Source: Octopus sinensis (taxonomy: Eukaryota). From it: DNA of 64,000 nucleotides. The DNA is taken from assembly GCF_006345805.1 (NCBI RefSeq), contig NC_042999.1, forward strand, positions 147,560,001-147,624,000, given 5' to 3'. Position numbers and translations under genes: made by a program. Below, piece after piece: positions 1-10,701 of the stretch. The notes below the pieces were generated by a model. It made no database searches, was not told the DNA's origin, and saw only the letters and a program-made list of their open reading frames with translations. How positions within the stretch are numbered: position 1 is the first letter of the stretch; each line of letters starts with the position of its first letter.

Positions 1-231
1 ACTTTTAACTTGTTTCCTTTAACACCCAAAATGTAAGATCTCTTCGCTGAAGACGGACCCTGTCCCATCCAACGATGGAATCAATATACAAACATTACTA
101 TATATCACCGAGCCCCAATAAAAGAGCTGTTGAATGCGTAATACTGTTCCCCATCCCCTTTAATTCTCTAAATCATTTCCATTCTGTGTAAGTCTGATCT
201 TTTTATATGCATGCATATATACATTCTTTGT

Positions 232-611
232 GGAGGCTCAATGGCCCAGTAGTTAGGGCAGCGGACTCGCGGTCGTAGGATCGCGGTTTCGATTCCCAGA
301 CCGGGCGTTGTGAGTGTTTATTGAGCGAAAACACCTAAAGCTCCATGATGCTCCGGCAGGGATGGTGGTGATCCCTGCTGTACTCTTTCACCACAACTTT
401 CTCTCACTCTTACTTCCTGTTTCTGTTGTGCCTGTATTTCAAAGGGCCGGCCTTGTCACTCTCTGTGTCACGCTGAATATCCATGAGAACTGCGTTAAGG
501 GTACACGTGTCTGTGGAGTGCTCAGCCACTTACACGCTAATTTCACGAGCAGGCTGTTCCGTTGATCGGATCAACCGGAACCCTCGTCGTCGTAACCGAC
601 GGAGTGCTTCC
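232..611 (+). mobile_element. tRNA-derived SINE, family A (head 1 + tail a), full length with 15-bp TSD
   Basis: A-box-like TGGCCCAGTAGTTAGG and B-box-like GGTTTCGATTCCC; direct repeat ATATACATTCTTTGT at 217-231 and 612-626; near-identical copy at 39561-39941. Confidence 0.88.
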
Positions 612-1050
612 ATATACATTCTTTGTATTTCATGTATTTAATACATTTTCTATATTTTTCTAACTTGTGTATCACCACATTTAGTTCTAACTCAGAAATA
701 ACATATTTACGTCTCACTATTTAAGCTGTTGTAGTTTACCGAAGTATTAAAACGGGAAAGATGATTCCTTCAAATAATGCTTACAAGCAGTTAAAGCTCT
801 GAAACTTATGGTGATTAAAGTTATCATGATCTAATGTTTGTTTTTTGGAAGTATGAATTTGGAATTAACTCGGGGATAATAAATAATCTTTACTTACACA
901 CATATGAACGGACACACTCACACGCGTACACGCACACACACACACACACATCTACAACCTTGATAGTTTTCGGCCAGTATATGCTGAGGCCATGCCTAAC
1001 TCAATAGCACGACTTGGTGCTATATAATATAAATATATATGCACAAACAC

Positions 1051-1126
<76 letters not shown>

Positions 1127-1137
1127 AGATAGATAGA

Positions 1138-1620
1138 TAGAAGGAGCTTCTACAGGACTAGAACTGTTTCATTCAAAAGAAATCATCAGGAAGCTCCCTG
1201 AATTTGATATTTTTTATCATGAGGAAGAGGTCTTCTTCAAACGGTTCGAGTAGGCTGTTGGTAGGAGGGGCCTTATTTGATTTGAAGCCGTACTTATGCT
1301 ACATCAGGGTGGTCGAAAAAGAACGATCTCCATCTAATTCTTTTGATGAACACATCAGTCCGTCTAATAAGGGCTTTTTGGTACTGTTTCCTTGGTGGGA
1401 TAGTAATGTTCTTCAAGGAAGTGTTGAGGTCGATTCTTGTCAGCATTTTTTCTTGGTGATGGTTATAAGGGCACTGGGGTGTGCTAGGATATGTAGGTCC
1501 CGGGTTGAGTCGGGGTTAACCACAGTAAATAAGGTACTCAATACATAGCAGAGTAAATTAATGTATTTTATAGAAGGAGCTTCTACAGGACTAGAACTGT
1601 TTCATTCAAAAGAAATCATC
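1138..1620 (-). mobile_element. Penelope-like element pseudo-LTR unit (433-bp period) containing the decayed ORF N-terminus
   Basis: About 48-nt direct repeat at 1138-1188 and 1571-1620. Minus strand 1446->1190 translates MLTRIDLNTSLKNITIPPRKQYQKALIRRTDVFIKRIRWRSFFF ... (frameshift) KYGFKSNKAPPTNSLLEPFEEDLFLMIKNIKFR, matching my recollection of the N-terminus of invertebrate Penelope-like (Naiad-type) ORFs; flanked by (TA)n/(GATA)n. Confidence 0.8.
1143..1197 (-). ncRNA. Type I hammerhead ribozyme (HHR-1)
   Basis: Minus strand GGAGCUUC-CUGAUGA-UUUC UUUU GAAU-GAAA-CAG UUCUAGUC CUG-UA-GAAGCUCC: 8-bp stem I, intact core, GUA triplet; U.U at 10.1/11.1. Confidence 0.8.
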
Positions 1621-1656
<36 letters not shown>

Positions 1657-1658
1657 TG

Positions 1659-1693
<35 letters not shown>

Positions 1694-3196
1694 GGGTGGG
1701 GGAGAAAGAGAAAAAGAGAGCGACAGACAGATAAGTAGACACGCAGTGATCGTGGAGACAGACACAAGTTTACGTACATACATATGCATGTGTGCTTCTA
1801 CTATTTTAATGTATGAGTACTTACAATTTACCAATCCTGGAAGTCGTATATCCGGGCCTATGCCTCATAGTAAATGCTGTGATCTTTTACGTATTGTGCA
1901 TAGATTGTCTTAATGAAAAGAAACCCACTCTGTCTCAGTTGTTTAAATTTTTCAAGATTGTCCTTATTCGTGCCCTCTGTCTCATTGTTAGTTCGTTAGT
2001 TGAGACTAAATTCCGGGCACAAGTTCTAGTGACATATCTTTTACATATATCTGATCTTCACTACGCAGAAATAAATTCATTACTACGTATCTTTATTATC
2101 TTATTCTTCATTACTACGTATCTATATATCAAATATTTTTCTCTTTGCTCCATAAAGTACTTCGTTTGTCAGAGCCTACTTATCTCGCCATTCGATCACG
2201 ATTTTATAGATGGAGAGTGGGGTTGATTTTATTTGTGAAACTTATAATATGCATTGTTCTATCATCTGAGCAACTCTTGCTGATAATTAAAATGGCTATT
2301 ATCGTTTAATCAACGGCATCAAATTCCGCAGACAGGCTAAGTTATACACATACAAACACAGTGATATTCACATAGGTAATTGTGAAAGTTATACAAACAT
2401 ATTTTCACATAGATTATGTTATGACACATACACAACTACACATATAGACAGCTTATTTCTAACCTTGCTAGCCACTGGCTGATTGATGTTTCTCTGATAC
2501 TTAACTAAGGAATTTTCTTTCAGACTTTCAAGTTTATATCTTATCTTTTTAATCAAGTAGAATATTGTCTCTTTTAATAGCCACTTTTCCGATTAATTAT
2601 ATAGAGATTATGATTCACTGCTCGACTTATATCTGAGCAAAACATACTAGGAATATTAGTTTGCAGGTATACTATAATTGATTTAAAAGGAAATATATCA
2701 AATTCTACATGGAAAGAATTTTAATTAATAAATGTTTTCCGTTTGATTTCAGTAAGAATGCTAAAATAATTGTTAATGGTTCTCAAGGGAAGTAAATTTC
2801 GAGAAATTTAGAATTAATCGCAGTAAATTAATTTACAAGCTTCTGTAGAAGCTTTATTTATGTTCGCTGATATACCAGCCTTATATACTTGTTTCAGTGT
2901 TATTTAGCCACCTCAGCACTGTATGCCCTACATGAATTCTTCTTTGATGAATAAGTTAACAATAACTTTTTCCTATAGGATATTCTTTATCGAGGATTTT
3001 GGGAAGAGTTATTTGATTATTATAGAAAGCAAATGTTAAACGAGCACGCTGATTGAGTACTTGTGATTGAACCTCTTGACTCATGTCTGATGGTTCATTT
3101 TCATAAAGAGCTGACTTTTAATTCGTGTGTGCAATATTGGCATTACATATTGAGTGCATCACCTCATTGATCAGATAACGAAATTTACAGATAGAT

Positions 3197-3598
3197 AGAT
3201 AGATAAGTTTTTTTATTGGCCACACAGGGCTGCACACAGATGGGACAAATTACAAGGTAGAGCTTTTCTTTTGGGGGATGAAAAAAAAAAGTGGCGTAGG
3301 TTTTCGAAAAAAGGGGAAGAGGAAAAAAACGATCAATAGGTATCGTGTATCACAGTGTCATGATGTACGGTGTAAAGGGGGAAGCAGATAAGTTTATCCG
3401 TGGGAAGAAGAGCCTACGAAAAAGACCACGGTAACCTCGGTCAATATTGTTATATGTTACCACATTTGTTTGCAAGTGGGTAATCCTATGAACCCAGAAA
3501 TTGAAAACAGAGGGTTACACACTTGCAAACAAATGTGGTAACATATAACAATATTGACCGAGGTTGCCGTGGTCTTTTTCGTAGGCTTTTCTTGCCAT
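3197..3598 (-). mobile_element. Tx1/L1-clade LINE 3' UTR fragment (copy A) with an inverted, partly duplicated 5' segment
   Basis: Homologous to 5835-6310; 3484-3595 is the reverse complement of the 6198-6310 equivalent; minus strand ends AATAAA-AAAACT-(TATC)n. Confidence 0.8.
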
Positions 3599-3654
3599 GG
3601 ATAAATAGATAGATATATGGATAGATAGATAGACAGATAGATGATGGATGGATG

Positions 3655-3732
<78 letters not shown>

Positions 3733-3790
3733 CAGATAGATATATAGATAGATAGATAGATAGATAGACAGACAGATAGATAGATAGATG

Positions 3791-3824
<34 letters not shown>

Positions 3825-3857
3825 CAGACAGACATAAAGACAGACAGATATATATAT

Positions 3858-3926
<69 letters not shown>

Positions 3927-3978
3927 CGGACAGACAAGCAGACAGACAAACAGACTGACAGACAGACAGACAGACAGA

Positions 3979-4266
3979 TGGATGTAATGTTATTAACAGT
4001 TCGAATATAACAGTGGCACGTTCGAGCTCATAAACAAGGCATTCCCCGTTTTGTCTAAATTCCTCACTGTAGACAACTGGTGTAAATACGACTAAATCAG
4101 TTCGCAGCACTACCTGTCCAGATTGTGAGATGCAAGCATTTCGGAGTGGTTATCTCCTCTTCAGTCACAAAAACCGGGCTGATGTAGGTTTATTTGCACA
4201 CTGAAATGATTGCTTCGCAAAGTCAGAATAGTTGACGCTGCGAGCGATTTAGCACTCCATGGCCTT

Positions 4267-4268
<2 letters not shown>
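3979..4268 (-). mobile_element. About 290-bp non-autonomous hammerhead-bearing element embedded in (GATA/GACA)n
   Basis: Unique sequence bounded on both sides by GATA-type repeats; carries HHR-2; partial homologue at about 30985-31050. Confidence 0.65.
4123..4170 (-). ncRNA. Type I hammerhead ribozyme (HHR-2a)
   Basis: UUGUGA-CUGAAGA-GGAG AUAACCA CUCC-GAAA-UGC UU GCA-UC-UCACAA: 6-bp stem I, G10.1-C11.1, near-palindromic helix III, AUC triplet. Confidence 0.85.
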
Positions 4269-4338
<70 letters not shown>

Positions 4339-4360
4339 ATGATAGATATATAGATAGATG

Positions 4361-4435
<75 letters not shown>

Positions 4436-5056
4436 CGATAGATAAGTTTCTTTATTGGCCACACAGGGCTGCACACAGATGGGACAAGTTACAAGGTAGA
4501 GCTTTTCTTTTGGGGGATGAAGAGAACAAAAAACAAAAGAAAAAAAAGGGGTGGCGTAGGTTTTCGATCAAGAGGGATCGTAAAAGGGAAGAAAAGAACA
4601 AAAACAAATAAAAATTGAATAAAATAAAAAGAATAAAAAGAGAAAGAAAAAAAAGAAAAGGAAAAGGAACAAAAGGAAAGAGAAATGAAAAAAGAAGAAA
4701 AAAGGGGGAAAAAAGGGGAAGAGGAAAAAAACGATCAATAGGTATCGTGTATCACAGTGTCATGATGTACGGTGTAAAGGGGGAAGCAGATAAGTTTATC
4801 CGTGGGAAGAAGAGCCTACGAAAAAGACCACGGTAACCTCGGTCAATATTGTTATATGTTACCACATTTGTTTGCAAGTGGGTAATCCTATGAACCCAGA
4901 AATTGAAAACAGAGGGTTACACACTTGCAAACAAATGTGGTAACATATAACAATATTGACCGAGGTTGCCGTGGTCTTTTTCGTAGGCTTTTCTTGCCAT
5001 GGATAAATAGATAGATATATGGATAGATAGATAGACAGATAGATGATGGATGGATG

Positions 5057-5122
<66 letters not shown>

Positions 5123-5180
5123 CAGATAGATATATAGATAGATAGATAGATAGATAGACAGACAGATAGATAGATAGATG

Positions 5181-5214
<34 letters not shown>

Positions 5215-5247
5215 CAGACAGACATAAAGACAGACAGATATATATAT

Positions 5248-5316
<69 letters not shown>

Positions 5317-5512
5317 CGGACAGACAAGCAGACAGACAAACAGACTGACAGACAGACAGACAGACAGATGGATGTAATGTTATTAACAGTTCGAATATAA
5401 CAGTGGCACGTTCGAGCTCATAAACAAGGCATTCCCCGTTTTGTCTAAATTCCTCACTGTAGACAACTGGTGTAAATACGACTAAATCAGTTCGCAGCAC
5501 TACCTGTCCAGA

Positions 5513-5560
5513 TTGTGAGATGCAAGCATTTCGGAGTGGTTATCTCCTCTTCAGTCACAA
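5513..5560 (-). ncRNA. Type I hammerhead ribozyme (HHR-2b), identical tandem copy
   Basis: Identical to 4123-4170, offset 1390. Confidence 0.85.
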
Positions 5561-5656
5561 AAACCGGGCTGATGTAGGTTTATTTGCACACTGAAATGAT
5601 TGCTTCGCAAAGTCAGAATAGTTGACGCTGCGAGCGATTTAGCACTCCATGGCCTT

Positions 5657-5728
<72 letters not shown>

Positions 5729-5750
5729 ATGATAGATATATAGATAGATG

Positions 5751-5825
<75 letters not shown>

Positions 5826-5834
5826 CGATAGATA

Positions 5835-7065
5835 AGTTTCTTTATTGGCCACACAGGGCTGCACACAGATGGGACAAGTTACAAGGTAGAGCTTTTCTTT
5901 TGGGGGATGAAGAGAACAAAAAACAAAAGAAAAAAAAGGGGTGGCGTAGGTTTTCGATCAAGAGGGATCGTAAAAGGGAAGAAAAGAACAAAAACAAATA
6001 AAAATTGAATAAAATAAAAAGAATAAAAAGAGAAAGAAAAAAAAGAAAAGGAAAAGGAACAAAAGGAAAGAGAAATGAAAAAAGAAGAAAAAAGGGGGAA
6101 AAAAGGGGAAGAGGAAAAAAAGAACGATCAATAGGGATCGTGTATCACAGTGTTATGATATATGGTGTAAAGGGGAAAGCAAGTAAGGTTTATTCGTGGG
6201 AAGAAAAGCCTACGAAAAAGACCACGATAACCTAGGTCAATATTGTTATATGTTACCACATTTGTTTGCAAGTGGGTAACCCTCTGTTTTCAATTTCTGG
6301 GTTCATAGGATTATGCTCAAGGTGGCTTCGTCATTCATACGTGCCATCCTTGCTACATTCACCCATCTTTTTTTTAAAACATTCGCTAGACAAAACTTGC
6401 CTCTCTACTCTCACTTTCCTTTTCAAGTGGTACTTGAAGAAGTTGATGAGAGATTGACCAGAGAGGAAAGTGTTTGTCTCCAATCCTTTCAGACGCGTCC
6501 ACCAGATACATTCTTTCGCCATAGCCACAAGGATGATGAAAATAGCTCTTCCTTCCCGTTTGAAGGAAGGAGGCGTGACAATATTGACGATAGACTCAGC
6601 TGATAAACCGACTCGTCCCACACGTGACAGCAGTTGTTCGACATAAGCCCACAGGTCGGAAATTGTTGGACACTGCACGAGTGCCTGCAGAACGGTTTCG
6701 TCGCTCTGACCGCATCTCGGGCAGGTCGGCCCCGTGTTTCTCGAGCCGTGTCTGTAGAGCTTATCCCGAACGGGTAGCGCTTCTCGGTAGCACTGCCAGG
6801 CCAGGGATCTCTGGAAGTTGTCCATGGGCCCTGGCCCGAAAGTCGTCCTGAACAAGCGAGTCAGGTTCTCCTCGTCGATGTCCAGGTTCGCCCCGAGCTC
6901 GTCGTCGTACCTCCCCTCCACTAATCCCCTATAGAATGCTTTGGTTGTGTTGAAGTCACTCAAGGTCGACCCGGGACGGCAGAGTTGCTTGAGAGCAACG
7001 CGACACTCGCGGTGCCAATCGCCCTTCCTCGGCCTCTTTTTGATCCACGACTGCAGTTCGGTCAT
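5835..7065 (-). mobile_element. 5'-truncated Tx1/L1-clade LINE (copy B): ORF2 C-terminus plus 3' UTR, both junctions in (GATA)n
   Basis: ORF 6331-7065 contains a zinc-knuckle-like CPRCGQSDETVLQALVQC and W..V / AKECIWWTR motifs typical of L1/Tx1 ORF2 ends; 3' end AATAAAGAAACT-(TATC)n. Confidence 0.85.
6303..7065 (-). pseudogene. LINE ORF2 C-terminal fragment (zf-RVT-like)
   Basis: Open for 244 codons. An A8 homopolymer near 6368-6375 appears to frameshift the native end (FKKRWVNVARMARMNDEATLSIIL*, stop at 6303-6305); the start ATG lies at the truncation junction. Confidence 0.75.
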
Positions 7066-7152
7066 GGAGATAGATAGATAGAATGATAGATAGATAAATA
7101 GAATGATAGATAAATAAATAGATCAATAAATAGATGGATAGATGGATGGATT

Positions 7153-7415
7153 GGTGTGTGGCCTGATGGTTAGGGTGTTGTAGATACGATCTAGCGATCG
7201 TGGGTTCAATTCCCGGAACGAGCATTAAATTCTTGAGCAAAGCACTACATTTCACGTTGTTCCAGTCCACTTAGGTTTAAATGGGTAACTCTGTGACGGA
7301 CTGCTTTCCCGAAAACGAGTGGGTGGTTAACCTGCTCGCCTAAAGCATTCGATACCTAAAGCATTATGACCAGCGATGTACATTATCCAGTAGTATGATC
7401 GATAACGTGAACACG
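7153..7415 (+). mobile_element. tRNA-derived SINE (head 2-like + tail b)
   Basis: TGGCCTGATGGTTAGG ... GGGTTCAATTCCC boxes; CTTGAGCAAAGCACT/TCCAGTCCAC central domain; tail GCATTATGACCAGCGATGT shared with the 12884 element. Confidence 0.7.
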
Positions 7416-7431
7416 TAGTATATATATGTAT

Positions 7432-7467
<36 letters not shown>

Positions 7468-7715
7468 GTAAATTACACCAAGTAGTCTTCGGCATGTAAA
7501 AGCCTCATTCGAGGAAAATTTAAGTAATACTAAGCAATAAAGGGTTTAGCAACGAATTGCCTTACCACATACCGAATTTAGAAATAGCAGTCAAAGAGTT
7601 ATAGCTATTTCTTCTACTAAAAAGGGAGATCTCAGTAAAAACAGCAATTGGAAGGCAGACACAAACAGGTAAGAGAGAATGAATTGACGGCAATCTATCA
7701 TACAATTTTAAGTTA

Positions 7716-7816
7716 TCTACGGACGTACGTTTCGAAATCAAGTTTTTAGGAAAGCATAAGAATTAAATATTAAATAATTCTATCTTACCAAAAACTTCTT
7801 TTCTCTTCAGCGTAGA
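7716..7816 (-). ncRNA. Type I hammerhead ribozyme with extended stem II (HHR-3)
   Basis: UCUACG-CUGAAGA-GAAA..AAGUUUUUGG..AGAAUU/AAUUCU..CCUAAAAACUU..UUUC-GAAA-CGUACG-UC-CGUAGA; canonical G10.1-C11.1, palindromic helix III, GUC triplet. Confidence 0.85.
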
Positions 7817-7884
7817 ATACTATAATCATAAATGATTATATATTGAATTTTGAGATACTAGAAGGCACCAACTCAACTCAGTAT

Positions 7885-8045
7885 CAGAGCGAGCTAGAAT
7901 CCGCAACTAGTATTATTGGACGCTCAGGAAAGAAGGAGGGTTTAACGTTTCGAGCGGAGCTCTTCGTCGGAAACATAGGAGAAGGAAAGATCCAGAGAAG
8001 GGAAGACAGAGGAAAAAAAATCGCCAACGGTACACACGAGGTTAC
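7885..8045 (-). repeat. Interspersed repeat fragment with an ultra-minimal hammerhead-like motif at 7940-7974
   Basis: GUUU-CCGACGA-A-GAGC UCC GCUC-GAAA-CG-UU-AAAC; same architecture as 32425-32460. Confidence 0.5.
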
Positions 8046-8063
8046 TCTGTGTGTGTGTGTGTG

Positions 8064-8143
8064 TACGACGGACTTCTTTCAGTTTCCGTCTACAAAATCC
8101 AATCACAAGGCTTTGGTCGGCCCGAGGCTATAGTAGAAGAAAC
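8064..8143 (-). mobile_element. SINE family B fragment
   Basis: Matches the 25920-26000 region of the full-length copy. Confidence 0.8.
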
Positions 8144-8538
8144 TGTTCAGGCAACGTCGATTTCATGGAGCGAGTGAGATAATATAGAGTGCATACATTT
8201 AATCACTGTAAACAAATCATTTGTGCAGGTCATGCTGCTAAAATAGCTGAACGCTCATACGTCGTCTTCGACGTGTGAGCGTTCGACAATGTATGTTTTT
8301 GTATCTGCATATGTATATAGGATTAAAACCAGAGTCTGAATGGCTGCTTTGAAATACACCGAAGGCTATTTAAGGTTGTCCGACCATTGTGAAACTGATA
8401 GTAACTCCCAATTTAAATTTTATGTGCATGAAATGAAATGATATATCAGTATAATATATATATATTTCACAGGAAGGAGTAGTTTTTTTCTTTGCTGTTC
8501 CTACCTATAACGAAACACTACTTTATACGTTTGTATTT

Positions 8539-8585
<47 letters not shown>

Positions 8586-9384
8586 CACACACACGCACAC
8601 GCCCATTCCTTTCACCTTGCGTCAAGATATTTTATTTTCTGTGTACGTCTTTACGTTGGTTTTTTTTTTTTTTCGCTTTTCATTATTTTACTTGTTACAG
8701 ACATTTGGGCAAACAGAAACGTAAATAACTCCATTGCTTGTAATATCACCACTGATACGGAAAGATGATATATCTCAACGCATAGTATTTCTGTAATTTG
8801 GAAAATCCCTTGTAGCCTGCACTTGTATTAATTCGTTTCTGTGCATATTCCATGAAACCGCCGTAGTTTCCACTGTAGGCAAGTTCCAGTACACTTTTTG
8901 CTAAGATAGAATAATTATTTACAGTAGGATTCATTATCCTTCACATCCAATACTTATAGTGAAGATACGATTTGCATTCATTATTAAATATTTATAGATT
9001 TTAGTAAAATCTTTTTATTATACCGCGATTGAATCTATTTCAGTCCTCGGTTTGAGCTTATATTTTTTCTAAAGGTTAAATGGTATTAGTCATTTAGTTT
9101 TTCCCTTTTCATTTTCCGAGGGTTTAAGTTTGTATTTCATTAAGTAAAAAAAAAAAAACATTATTAAATTGTTTAAAATGTTATTATCTTTCTATCCGTC
9201 GTTATTCTTGTATTTGTTGTTATATTTTGAACTAATTATGGCAAAAAAACTTTTATATATGTATATGTGTGTGTGTGCGTGTGTATGTGTGTAAATATGT
9301 ATGTATGTACGTACGTACGTATGTATGTATGTATGTATGTATGTATGTATGTATGTATGTATGTATGTGTATGTATGTGAAAAC

Positions 9385-9811
9385 AAGAAAATTATAAGTT
9401 TGTTATAAAATTTCAGATTATATAGACAGTATTTTACGTAGAATATGGTCAGTTCCCATGAGCACTATCTTTTGAATTTCTGCCAACTTGAGGGTTTTCT
9501 GGTAAGAATCAGTCTCTTTTTACTATCACTCCTAAGGCACCTATGACAACAGGTATTGATTTTGTCTGGAGGTTCCACATTTTGCCAATTTCGATTTGAA
9601 GATCTTTATACTTGTTCAGTTTTTGGTAGGTCTCGACAGATACATTTATGTCGATTGGGAAAGTCGTATCAATGAGGAGGCGTGATTTTTGCCTGAAGTC
9701 TTTCTATAGGTCTAGCCTATTCGCATCTATCTTTCTGTCAGTTTGAATGGTGAATTTCCAGAGGAGTGACATGTGATCATTTTCTAGTACTGGAGGCGGT
9801 TTTTGTTCCCC
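9385..9811 (-). mobile_element. Dong/R4-clade LINE 3' fragment 1 (REL endonuclease C-terminus)
   Basis: Translates EQKPPPVLENDHMSLLWKFTIQTDRKIDANRLD...KLNKYKDLQIEIGKMWNLQTKSIPVVIGALG...LAEIQKIVLMGTDHILRKILSI*; 5' end abuts the (TAA)n tract. Confidence 0.85.
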
Positions 9812-9881
<70 letters not shown>

Positions 9882-9883
9882 CA

Positions 9884-9945
<62 letters not shown>

Positions 9946-9960
9946 ATTATTACTATTATT
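9812..9960. repeat. (TTA/TAA)n tract, 3' tail or target of Dong/R4 element 2
   Basis: About 50 trinucleotide units. Confidence 0.95.
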
Positions 9961-10701
9961 CTCGATGTCACGCGGTATACGATATCGTAGGGTTGTCGAT
10001 AGAAGATATTGTATCTACCGTTCGTTTGTACTGTTCGTCAACTCACAACAAGGACCTCAGACAGAGAGTACTATGTGAAATGCACGCGCAGTTCCAAGTA
10101 ATTCCAACTTTTGCAATACACCTAGATTGTAGGGTATCTCTAAGGTTTTCAGATGCGTGTTTTCTCAGATTTGGTGGTCTTGAACCCATTGCTCCGATGA
10201 AAATAGGGATAACCTTTATGTTCGACTCGCGTAGCTGCCACATCTTAGCGATCTCAATTCTCAGGTCTCCATATTTATTAATTTTTTCTCCTTCTTTCAT
10301 GATGATATGCTGGTCTCCTGGCACTGCTACATCCATTATTAGGCACTCTTGTTTGTCCCCCCTAAAGGTTATTATATCCGGTCTTCAGTGCTCTAACACC
10401 TTGTCTGTCTGGAAATCAAAGTCCCAGAGGATTTTTGCCTTCCCCTTTTCGTCCATTACCTTTTCTGGTGTATGTTGGTACCAATCTCCCGTAGCCTCAT
10501 ATCCATACTTGCAGCATAGTAACCAGTGGATGTTGTGGGCTACTTTGTCGTGTCTGCACTTGTACTCTTTCTGCTCAAGGCTTTCACAAGCTCTAACAAT
10601 GTGAATCACACTTTTGACCTTATGAATTTGTGTGGTATATATTCTTTTTCACTGAATTGATATTCAATGCCTGGTCCTGGGCCACGATGATTAGGCTTTC
10701 A
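9961..10701 (-). mobile_element. Dong/R4-clade LINE 3' fragment 2
   Basis: AQDQAL, HIVRAC..YKCRHDKVAHNIHW, ILWDFDFQTDKVLEH*RPD..MDVAVP..KINKYGDL..IPIFIGAMG motifs (ORFs 10385-10609 and 10043-10336); ends in (TAA)n. Confidence 0.9.

Larger units (their letters stand above)
3306..6120. repeat. Near-identical tandem duplication, unit about 1.39-1.40 kb
   Basis: 3306-4730 repeats at 4708-6120; offset 1402 before and 1390 after the first GATA tract (12-nt difference); ORF track shows duplicated ORFs 3457/4859 and 4249/5639. Confidence 0.93.

Noticed and set aside
48-85. CTGAAGA followed by a GGAC/GTCC hairpin
   Set aside because: No GAAA after stem II and no cleavage triplet
3457-5866. Long YLSI-repeat ORFs, and all YI/VC/MYVC ORFs elsewhere in the window
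   Set aside because: Translations of (GATA)n, (TA)n, (CA)n and (TACA)n microsatellites
7590-7640. Second hammerhead-like motif on the minus strand (CUGAGA..GAAA-UAGCUA-UA)
   Set aside because: Core lacks N7 and stem I does not form
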